The translations under genes were made by a program, and so were the position numbers. This document shows, one piece after another, positions 18,044 through 25,788 of a stretch of DNA of 64,000 nt. Below the pieces are notes generated by a model. The model was not told the origin of the DNA. It did not search any database and saw only the letters and a list, made by a program, of their open reading frames with translations. Location: the NCBI GenBank assembly GCA_965219685.1, contig CBDCOH010000002.1:3424001-3488000 (forward strand), written 5' to 3'. This DNA is from Candidatus Spongiisociaceae bacterium (lineage in GTDB: Bacteria > Actinomycetota > Acidimicrobiia > Spongiisociales > Spongiisociaceae). Each line of letters begins with the position of its first letter. Positions within the stretch are counted from its first letter, which is position 1.

Positions 18044-19081
18044 ATGTTTTCTATGCGGCGGACACAGCTGCTGGTTGTAGTCCTGCTGCTCGCCACGGCG
18101 TGCGGCGGGCAGGAAGCGGCAACCACCCGGGCGAGCACCACCCTCGCCACCACGACTACCACCGGCGCGGTCGCCACGACCGCCGTGGCGGTCTCGACCA
18201 CCAGCCCGCCCACGACGGCGGCATCGACCACCACCGTTCCACCGGCGGAGGAGGCGCCGGAGCCGGACTTCCCGGTGACCGTGTCGGGCGCCGAGATCCG
18301 GGCGCGTCCCGAGGCGATCGTGTCCCTGTCGCCGACCGCCACCGAGACGCTCTTCGCCATCGGAGCCAGCGACCAGGTCATCGCTGTAGACCGGACTTCG
18401 GACTATCCGGAGGAAGCCCCGCTCACGGACCTGGACGGTTTCAACCCCAACCTGGAGGCCATCGCCTCCTACGACCCGGACCTGGTGGTGATCGCATTCG
18501 ATCCCGGCGAACTGGTCTCCGGGCTCGGCGCTCTCGATATCCCGGTGATCCTGCATCCGGCCGCACCCGACATCGACACCGCCTACTCGCAGATGGCGGA
18601 GCTAGGCACGGCAACCGGACATGCCGAGGCTGCCGCCGACCTGGTGGCTGCGCTCCAAGCGGAGATCGACCAGATAGTGACCGGGTTCGGAAGCGGTACC
18701 GAGGGCATCACCTATTACCACGAGGTGGACAACACTTTCTACACGGCTACCTCGGCCACGTTCATCGGCCAGGTCTACTCCCTGTTCGGCCTGGAGAACA
18801 TCGCCGACCCGGCCGACACCGAGGGCTGGGGCTACCCGCAGCTGTCGGTCGAGTACATCCTGGAGTCGGATCCGGACGTCATCTTCTTCGGGTGCGCCGT
18901 CTGGTGCGGCACCACTGCCGACAGCCTGGCCGAACGCCCCGGTTGGAGCGGCCTGACCGCCGTGCAGAACGGTCTGCTGGTGGAGGTGGATGACGACATC
19001 AGCAGCCGGTGGGGTCCTCGCCTGATCCAGTTCGTCCGCCTGATCGGGTACACGCTGGCCGACATGTACGGGATCGGTTGA
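18044..19081 (+). CDS. Cobalamin/siderophore-type ABC substrate-binding lipoprotein (BtuF-like)
   Basis: Lipobox LATAC, Thr-rich linker, IVSLSPTATETLFAIG, SRWGPR; riboswitch upstream. Confidence 0.85.
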   Translation: MFSMRRTQLLVVVLLLATACGGQEAATTRASTTLATTTTTGAVATTAVAVSTTSPPTTAASTTTVPPAEEAPEPDFPVTVSGAEIRARPEAIVSLSPTATETLFAIGASDQVIAVDRTSDYPEEAPLTDLDGFNPNLEAIASYDPDLVVIAFDPGELVSGLGALDIPVILHPAAPDIDTAYSQMAELGTATGHAEAAADLVAALQAEIDQIVTGFGSGTEGITYYHEVDNTFYTATSATFIGQVYSLFGLENIADPADTEGWGYPQLSVEYILESDPDVIFFGCAVWCGTTADSLAERPGWSGLTAVQNGLLVEVDDDISSRWGPRLIQFVRLIGYTLADMYGIG

Positions 19082-19085
19082 CGAC

Positions 19086-20117
19086 TTGGCCGTCCCACCG
19101 CCCCCGCTTCGTGATCCCACCCGGCTCCGGTGGGGATGGTTCCTGGCCGCCTGTGCGGCGCTGCTCGTCTCGGCCCTCGCCGGAATCACCGTCGGACCGG
19201 CCGGATTGACTCCCGGACAGGTGATTGGTGAGCTGGTCGCCGGCGGATCGGAACTGTCCGCCACCCAGCGGGCGATCATCTGGGACATCCGGCTTCCCCG
19301 GGTGGTCCTGGGTGGGTTGGTGGGAAGCCTCCTCTCCCTGGCCGGGGCCTCCTACCAGGGTGTCTTCCGCAACCCCCTCGCCGATCCCTACCTCCTCGGA
19401 GTTGCGGCCGGAGGGGGCCTCGGCGCCACCGCCGCCATCGTGCTGTGGCCCTCGGCCGATGCCCGGTTGCTCCCCGTGGCCGCCTTCGCCGGGGCGCTGG
19501 CGGCGGCCGGCCTGACCTACGCGGTCGGGCGCTCGGTGGGCGGGCGGAGCGCGGTGTCACTTATCCTGGCCGGCGTTGCGGTAGCCGCCTTCTTCACCGC
19601 TCTCCAAACCTTCGTTCTCCAGCGGAACTCCGAAACCATCCGCCAGGTCTACTCCTGGATCCTCGGACGGCTGGCCACCACCGGCTGGAAGGAGGTTCTG
19701 GTGATGGTCCCGTACGCGCTGGCGTGCGGCGCCGGCCTGATGCTGCACCGGCGGCTGCTCGACGTGCTGAGCGTCGGTGACGAGGAGGCCGAGAGCCTCG
19801 GTGTCTCGTCGTCCCGGGTACGCACCACTGTGGTGGTACTGGCCACGCTGGCCACCGCAGCGGCGGTCGCGGTCAGCGGCCTGATCGCGTTCGTCGGCCT
19901 GGTGGTTCCCCATACCGTACGGTTGCTGGTCGGAACGAGTTACCGCTCCTTGATCCCGATCTCCGCCGTGGCCGGCGGCGCGTTCCTCATCCTGGCCGAT
20001 ATGGCCGCCAGAACCGTGCTGAGCCCGCTGGAGCTTCCCATCGGAGTGATTACCGCCTTCATCGGCGCCCCCTTCTTCATGGCGGTTCTCCGGACCAGCC
20101 GGCGGTACGTGACATGA
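19086..20117 (+). CDS. FecCD/BtuC-family ABC permease
   Basis: IRLPRV, QGVFRNPLADPYLLGV, GLIAFVGLVVPH, ELPIGVITAFIGAPFF. Confidence 0.92.
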   Translation: MAVPPPPLRDPTRLRWGWFLAACAALLVSALAGITVGPAGLTPGQVIGELVAGGSELSATQRAIIWDIRLPRVVLGGLVGSLLSLAGASYQGVFRNPLADPYLLGVAAGGGLGATAAIVLWPSADARLLPVAAFAGALAAAGLTYAVGRSVGGRSAVSLILAGVAVAAFFTALQTFVLQRNSETIRQVYSWILGRLATTGWKEVLVMVPYALACGAGLMLHRRLLDVLSVGDEEAESLGVSSSRVRTTVVVLATLATAAAVAVSGLIAFVGLVVPHTVRLLVGTSYRSLIPISAVAGGAFLILADMAARTVLSPLELPIGVITAFIGAPFFMAVLRTSRRYVT

Positions 20118-20890
20118 TCTCCGTCGACGCTCTCACCATCGCCTACCAGGCAGGACAACCGGTGCTGCGGGACGTGGGCTTCGCGGTGGAGGAAGGAGAG
20201 TGGCTGGGCCTGCTGGGGCCGAACGGCGCCGGGAAGTCGACCCTGCTCAGGGCGATTGCCGGGCTCCTCCCCCATCAAGGCTCCATCCGGCTCGGCTCGG
20301 CCGACTCCGGCTCGCTGCGCCGCCGGGATCGCGCCCGGTCGGTAGCGCTTGTGCCGCAGGAACCGGTCATGCCCGGGGGAATGACGGTGATCGAGTACGT
20401 CTTGCTGGGACGCACTCCGCACCTGCACTATCTCGGGTCGGAAGGCGCGGCCGACCTGGCGCAGGCGCAACTCGCGATGGAAATGCTCGACCTCAAGCGC
20501 CTGGCGGACCGCATGCTCTCGCAGCTGAGCGGCGGCGAGCGGCGCCGCGTCGCCCTGGCCCGCGCCATCTGCCAGCAGGCGGAGGTCCTGCTCCTGGACG
20601 AACCGACCGGCGCGCTGGACATCGGCCAGGGCCAGAAGGCTCTGGAACTGATCGCCCATCTGCGCAGCCTTCGGCCGATGACCATCATCACGGCCATGCA
20701 CGACCTCACCCTGGCAGGACAGTTCCCGGACCGCCTGATACTGCTTGCGGATGGTCGGGTCGTGGCGGACGGGCCTCCGGCCCGCGTGCTCACCCCGGAA
20801 CACATCCGGGCCATCTACCGGGCTAGCGTGGAGGTGGTGAACGTAAACGGAGGACTCGCCGTAGTCCCGATGAGGACCGGTACTCGATGA
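20114..20890 (+). CDS. ABC ATP-binding subunit (BtuD/FepC-like)
   Basis: GPNGAGKST, LSGGERRR, LLDEPT, MHDL. Confidence 0.92.
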   Translation: MISVDALTIAYQAGQPVLRDVGFAVEEGEWLGLLGPNGAGKSTLLRAIAGLLPHQGSIRLGSADSGSLRRRDRARSVALVPQEPVMPGGMTVIEYVLLGRTPHLHYLGSEGAADLAQAQLAMEMLDLKRLADRMLSQLSGGERRRVALARAICQQAEVLLLDEPTGALDIGQGQKALELIAHLRSLRPMTIITAMHDLTLAGQFPDRLILLADGRVVADGPPARVLTPEHIRAIYRASVEVVNVNGGLAVVPMRTGTR

Positions 20891-21453
20891 CCAGCGCACC
20901 ACTCGCCGACGACCCCCGCCGTCCGGACACCCGCCGGGCCCGCTCCGTGTTGATCGTCAACACCGGGGACGGGAAGGGTAAGAGCACCGCCGCCATGGGC
21001 ATGGTGATGCGATCGGTGGCGCGTGGATGGAAGGTCGCTGTGGTCCAGTTCATCAAGTCGGGCGATTGGAAAGTGGGCGAGGAGAAGATGGGGCGACGGC
21101 TTGGCGTCGACTGGGACGCCGGGGGTGACGGGTTCTCCTGGGATAGCGAGGACCTCGACCGCTCGGCTGATCTGAACCGGGACGCCTGGCGACTGGCCAA
21201 GATGCGGATCGAGGAGGGAAAGCACCGCCTCGTGGTCCTCGACGAGATCACCTACCCCATCAACTGGGGCTGGATCGAAGAGGACGAGGTGGTCTCCACC
21301 CTCGCCGGCAGGCCGGCCAACGTCAACGTGGTCGTCACCGGCCGCGACGCCCCGGCCGGCCTGATCGAGATCGCCGACACCGTCACCGAGATGACCCTCG
21401 TCAAGCATGCCTATGACCAAGGCATCAGTGCTATCCGCGGTATCGATTTCTGA
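20887..21453 (+). CDS. cobO: Cob(I)yrinic acid a,c-diamide adenosyltransferase
   Basis: NTGDGKGKSTAA, VQFIK, VLDEI, VTGRDAP, ADTVTEM, KH, GIDF. Confidence 0.95.
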   Translation: MTSAPLADDPRRPDTRRARSVLIVNTGDGKGKSTAAMGMVMRSVARGWKVAVVQFIKSGDWKVGEEKMGRRLGVDWDAGGDGFSWDSEDLDRSADLNRDAWRLAKMRIEEGKHRLVVLDEITYPINWGWIEEDEVVSTLAGRPANVNVVVTGRDAPAGLIEIADTVTEMTLVKHAYDQGISAIRGIDF

Positions 21454-21512
21454 CCGCTTTGCCGGGCCAAATGCAATCGAACGTCCCCGTTTCGATTGCC
21501 GTCAGTGCACTG

Positions 21513-21947
21513 TCATGCAGGACATGGCATCTCACGAAGGCCGTTTCTCGTTACGGCATACATCCACGGTGGCTTCTCGTCCAACAGTTTCTGTATGGCG
21601 TCCCATCGCGCCACGAACACGCGAAGTTGCTCCCATACAGCGAGATTACCGACTGTCGTGAGCACGAGAACGCGTAGCGGATGCGAGGCGAGGGCCTCCC
21701 GCTCAGCGGGTCGATGACGAATCTTCTTGTCCCGGGCCACGACGACCCACCCCTGCGCGGACGCCACCGGTATCCGCTCCACGTCCTCAGTACCGACCGG
21801 CACGGGCGAGCGATCATGACCCGGGTAGATACAGTCGCCACGTGCTACAGCCATCACCTGCCCGATGCCGAGCGCGCTCTCGTCGAAGAAGAATCGGATG
21901 GGACCCTCCCGTCTGACGCGCCAGGGGAGTTCGACCGGCCCCGTCAC
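21513..21947 (-). CDS. PIN-like domain toxin (VapC45-type)
   Basis: FFFDES, ED..I, GWVVVARDKKIRHRP.E; translationally coupled to upstream antitoxin. Confidence 0.75.
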   Translation of the reverse strand: MTGPVELPWRVRREGPIRFFFDESALGIGQVMAVARGDCIYPGHDRSPVPVGTEDVERIPVASAQGWVVVARDKKIRHRPAEREALASHPLRVLVLTTVGNLAVWEQLRVFVARWDAIQKLLDEKPPWMYAVTRNGLREMPCPA

Positions 21948-22636
21948 GCCGCCCGGAGATACCGTGTCTCGAACTCGACTGCCGTGTTGATGTCCAGTCC
22001 GGTGACTCCGTAATCGCGATAGATGTCTCTGATCGCGGAGGGCGGCTCGCCAGCAAGGTACAGCTCAGTTATGACCTCGGTGCGAACCCTCCTAACAGTC
22101 GGGACTCCGAACGAGAAACGGGGGTTCACGTAGACGGGCACCTGTACTTCCATGACGACGTAGCGCACGGCTTCTTCCGTTGCCTCGTCAAACTCGACGC
22201 GCCTGCAGAAGGTCGCTGCAGGTTCGCTGAGCACGAGCTGACCGGAACCGACAACCATCCATAAGTCCTCAGGGATCTCCAGCCGGTGCTGCATCTCCGC
22301 AACGAGTTCGCGGCCCGCTATGAGAGGTCTTGAGACAGCAAACGGGAAAGCCGTGTCGAACTCGCGGCTAAGCACCTCCCGCAAGGGGCGAAGGCGTTGC
22401 AGAGGTAGGTGCTCGCGGTATTCTCGAAGGTAGGCCGCTTCGACGAACTCGCCCCACGACACCCGAGAGTCGCCGGTGGGGCTGCTGCGAAGGACGGGCG
22501 GATACTGCTTCGAGCCCCGAGTGGCGCCCTCAAGCCACCACCGGAGTTTCGAGGGTGAGATGCGGAGCAGCCGCGCTGCTTCGGAGAGACTGTAGGTGGG
22601 TCGGGCCAGCAGGGAGATCATCCTTCGCTCCTCCAT
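21944..22636 (-). CDS. HTH + DUF433 antitoxin (VapB45-type)
   Basis: YSLSEAARLL..SPSKLRWW, VSWGEFVEA, NPRFSFGVP.V..VRTE, AVEFE. Confidence 0.8.
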   Translation of the reverse strand: MEERRMISLLARPTYSLSEAARLLRISPSKLRWWLEGATRGSKQYPPVLRSSPTGDSRVSWGEFVEAAYLREYREHLPLQRLRPLREVLSREFDTAFPFAVSRPLIAGRELVAEMQHRLEIPEDLWMVVGSGQLVLSEPAATFCRRVEFDEATEEAVRYVVMEVQVPVYVNPRFSFGVPTVRRVRTEVITELYLAGEPPSAIRDIYRDYGVTGLDINTAVEFETRYLRAA

Positions 22637-22745
22637 GACAACCGAGAGCGTAGCCCTCCCGGTCAGCTGATGGAAGAACCCTTCAGCCGAGACAGCATTT
22701 CACGCTCGCGCCACATTGGTTGTGAACTTCTCTAAACTGCCGCCC

Positions 22746-22874
22746 ATGAAGTTCCGTTTCGTGCTCGTTCTAGTGGCCTTCGTCGTGGTCGCCATCTTCG
22801 CCACTCGCCGACCTCGGATCGTAAAACCGCCCCCGGAACGCGGGACCTGGACACCGGTTCCATCCGATCGGTGA
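22746..22874 (+). CDS. Small (42 aa) single-pass membrane protein, below ORF-track cutoff
   Basis: MKFRFVLVLVAFVVVAIFATRRPRIVKPPPERGTWTPVPSDR*; TGA overlaps GTG of next gene. Confidence 0.6.
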   Translation: MKFRFVLVLVAFVVVAIFATRRPRIVKPPPERGTWTPVPSDR

Positions 22875-23623
22875 CCATCCACATTGCTCTCCACGTACCC
22901 GGTCCGCCGGGGATCCGCGTGCGAAAGGCGCTGCTTGCCGAACCGGACGTCGAAACCCGCATCCTCCATGAAGAGCCTGGTCAGCAAGGAACCGCCGGCG
23001 GGGCCTCGGGCGTGTCCGGCTGCGATGTGCTCGCGGTGCACAGGATTTCCAGCAGGACGCGTCCGCTTATGGACGAAGCCGTCTCCAAGGGCATCCCTGT
23101 GGTGGTCGCCGAGGACCTTACGGCTCGATACCCGATAGGCGGCGGCACATTCGTGACGCGGGCGCGCCGGGAGGCCGGTCTGGCCGCCGCCGTAGCGCTG
23201 TCGATAGTCGATCGGGCCGCCCCGCCCGTCGAAACCCGCCTTGCTTGGACGGTCCCGGGTCGTCCGCTGGGGGCCGGCCTACCGGTCACTTTCCCGGAGC
23301 CTATGGGTCCCCAATGGGCGGGTCGGGACGAGAGCCCTCTGCCCTGGCCGTCGGTGACCTGCCTCGCAGCACCGGTCCATTCCCAGTGGATGGGTATCGC
23401 GATCCGCATGAGAACCAACGAGGACGGTAGAGAACGGGTCCGTACGCTCGGCATCACTGACGAGGCGGCATTTCTCAAAGGACTCTGCATGGTATCCGCC
23501 ACTCTCGCTGCCGCCCGCGGTGCGTACCCACCGGGAGTGAGTACTCCGGGCGATCCCGGCGGAGTATTCATGAAGCTGGCCCGGGCCGCAGGTCTGGAGA
23601 TAGCCGAATTCACACCCGATTGA
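22871..23623 (+). CDS. Hypothetical protein, possibly degenerate Rossmann-fold
   Basis: 250-aa ORF filling the gap; IHIALHVPGPPG..VRKALL resembles a beta-alpha-beta start. Confidence 0.6.
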   Translation: MTIHIALHVPGPPGIRVRKALLAEPDVETRILHEEPGQQGTAGGASGVSGCDVLAVHRISSRTRPLMDEAVSKGIPVVVAEDLTARYPIGGGTFVTRARREAGLAAAVALSIVDRAAPPVETRLAWTVPGRPLGAGLPVTFPEPMGPQWAGRDESPLPWPSVTCLAAPVHSQWMGIAIRMRTNEDGRERVRTLGITDEAAFLKGLCMVSATLAAARGAYPPGVSTPGDPGGVFMKLARAAGLEIAEFTPD

Positions 23624-23812
23624 GTGGTGGCTGGTGGCTGGTGGGCCGACCGGACAGTCGACCACGAACCTGGAGCCCCCAGCGGTCGTCGGTGACCGGC
23701 GCTTTCGTCGTTTGTTCTTGAACGGTATTAGGCCGGATTTACTGGACAGTAACGTTTGTACCACGTCGTACCATTATTGACAGTTGGTTTATTCACCACT
23801 CACCACTCACTA
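23621..23812. repeat. Inward-facing heptamer arrays TGAGTGG(TGGCTGG)2 ... ATTCACC ACTCACC ACTCACT around ~145 bp spacer
   Basis: Read directly; each array begins at the stop codon of a convergent gene. Confidence 0.75.
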
Positions 23813-24676
23813 CAACCGCGGGTTGATCCGTTCCTCCAGCGAGAATGCGATGAGGGCGAACCCGAGAGATGCAAGCATGATCAGCAGGCCCGGGGGCAGA
23901 ACCCACCACTTCCAGGCCGGCGTCAGGAAGGCGCCGCGCGCTTGGGCCCAGAACAAGGTCGAGCCCCAGCTCTTCTGGATGGGATCACCGAGACCGAGGA
24001 AGCTCAGCGCGGCCTCCAGCAGTATCGCGCTCGAGACCGCCCGGACGAAAGATCCAGTCGCCAGCAGCGCCGTACGGGGAACGATGTGCCGGAGGATCGT
24101 CCAGCGGTCCGGCGCCCCCATCGAACGAGCCGCCAGCACGTACTCCCTCGACCTGAGGGACAGGACCTGCGAACGGATGATCCGGGCGGGCTCGGCCCAG
24201 ATGAGCACCGCGATGACCAGGATCGTGTTCAGAAGGCTCCTGCCCAGGTAGGCGGCCAGCACTATGAGCAGCGGCAGGAACGGCAGGATGAGGATCACGT
24301 CGACCCCCCGCATCAGGGCCGCCCCCAACCGTCTGGGGTAGTAACCGGCCAGAACCCCGACCGTCGTCCCGATCAGCAGGGCGACCGCCGCCGCGACTAT
24401 CCCCACCGACAGGGACACCCGTGTTCCGAACATGATCTCCGAGAGGAGGTCCTGGCCGACATCGTTGGTACCCAGCAGGTGCTCGCCGCTGGGGGGCAGG
24501 AAGGGTGTGGCAACCCGCTCGGAAGGGTCGTACGGCGCCAACCACGGCGCCAGGATCGCCGTGAATAGCAACGCACCCACGATCACCGCGCCAGCCACAC
24601 CGAGGATCCTGGGGAGCCGGGAACGTCGCCGCATGGTGCGCTTGGCCGCTCTACCCTCGATGCCGGTAGCGGTCAC
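23810..24676 (-). CDS. Peptide/nickel ABC permease (DppC-like)
   Basis: APWLAPYDP, HLLGTNDVGQD, EYVLAARSMGA, LSFLGLG. Confidence 0.92.
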   Translation of the reverse strand: MTATGIEGRAAKRTMRRRSRLPRILGVAGAVIVGALLFTAILAPWLAPYDPSERVATPFLPPSGEHLLGTNDVGQDLLSEIMFGTRVSLSVGIVAAAVALLIGTTVGVLAGYYPRRLGAALMRGVDVILILPFLPLLIVLAAYLGRSLLNTILVIAVLIWAEPARIIRSQVLSLRSREYVLAARSMGAPDRWTILRHIVPRTALLATGSFVRAVSSAILLEAALSFLGLGDPIQKSWGSTLFWAQARGAFLTPAWKWWVLPPGLLIMLASLGFALIAFSLEERINPRL

Positions 24677-25647
24677 GACGCCCTGGTCCTAGGGTCTATC
24701 AGCGGGTACAGGAGGTCGGCCGCCAGGTTCGCGATCAGCACCGCCCCCGTAAAGACCAGAAAGGCCGCCTGCATCACGGGATAGTCACGGCCCGAGACCG
24801 CTTCAAAGACCAGTCGACCGAGCCCCGGATACGAGAACACCGTTTCGATGATCACCGTGCCCCCGAAGGCAAACCCGAGCCGGATGGCGAGAACCGTGAC
24901 CACCGGAGCGATTGTGTTGCGGGCGACATGCCCGAACAGCACCCTGCGCTCGCCGACGCCCTTCGCTCTCGCGGTACGGATGTAGTCCTCTCCCAGCGTT
25001 TCGAGCATCGCGTAGCGCATCGTCATGTAGACACCCGGCGTGGCGAGGATCGACAGGGTGACCACCGGAAGTGCGGCGTGGCTGACAATGTCCAAGGCGT
25101 ACGCCCAGCCCTCCAAGTCGGCCGCGGGGGTGACGGCACCGTACGACGGCAACAGCCGCCATTGGACCGCGAAGATCGAGATCAGCATCATACCCAACCA
25201 GAAGGAGGGCAGAGACTCGATCGATATCATCCCCGACAACAGGCTCAAGTCGCCCTTCGTACCTCGCCGCCAAGCGGAGAGCGCCCCCAGCACCACCCCG
25301 ACGATCGATGACACCACCAGCGAAAGGCCCGTGATCAGCAACGTCCAGGGAAGCCGGTCGAGGATCATGTCGACGATCGGCCGCTTCGACCGGAACGAGT
25401 AGCCGAAGTCGCCGGTGAGGATGTCGCCCCAGTACCGGAGGTACTGCTTCCAGAGGGGAGCGTCCAGCCCCACCCGGGCCACGATCTCCGCCCTGTCCTC
25501 GGGGCTGAGGAGACCGACGTCCACCCCGGCGATCAGGGCGAGCGGATTCCCCGGCATCAACCTGGGCAGCAGGAAGTTGAGCGTCACCGCCACCACCACG
25601 ACCGTCCCGTACTGGGCCAGCCGACGGAGATCGATGCGCCGTCTCAA
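24673..25647 (-). CDS. Peptide/nickel ABC permease (DppB-like)
   Basis: RLMPGNP, GDFGYS, PSFWLG, EDYIRTARAKG, ETVFSYPGLG, RDYPVMQ. Confidence 0.92.
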   Translation of the reverse strand: MRRRIDLRRLAQYGTVVVVAVTLNFLLPRLMPGNPLALIAGVDVGLLSPEDRAEIVARVGLDAPLWKQYLRYWGDILTGDFGYSFRSKRPIVDMILDRLPWTLLITGLSLVVSSIVGVVLGALSAWRRGTKGDLSLLSGMISIESLPSFWLGMMLISIFAVQWRLLPSYGAVTPAADLEGWAYALDIVSHAALPVVTLSILATPGVYMTMRYAMLETLGEDYIRTARAKGVGERRVLFGHVARNTIAPVVTVLAIRLGFAFGGTVIIETVFSYPGLGRLVFEAVSGRDYPVMQAAFLVFTGAVLIANLAADLLYPLIDPRTRAS

Positions 25648-25788
25648 GCCGGCGGCTCAGCCTTGCCTGCGGCCTCCCGTGATCCCCGGAGGGGGCCGGG
25701 CAATCCCCCGGCGGCCCGTCCCTCGGCCATGGAATACCTCGTCAGCGTGCGGGCGGGCCACCGAATATCACCGTCATTCGGCCCTTCC

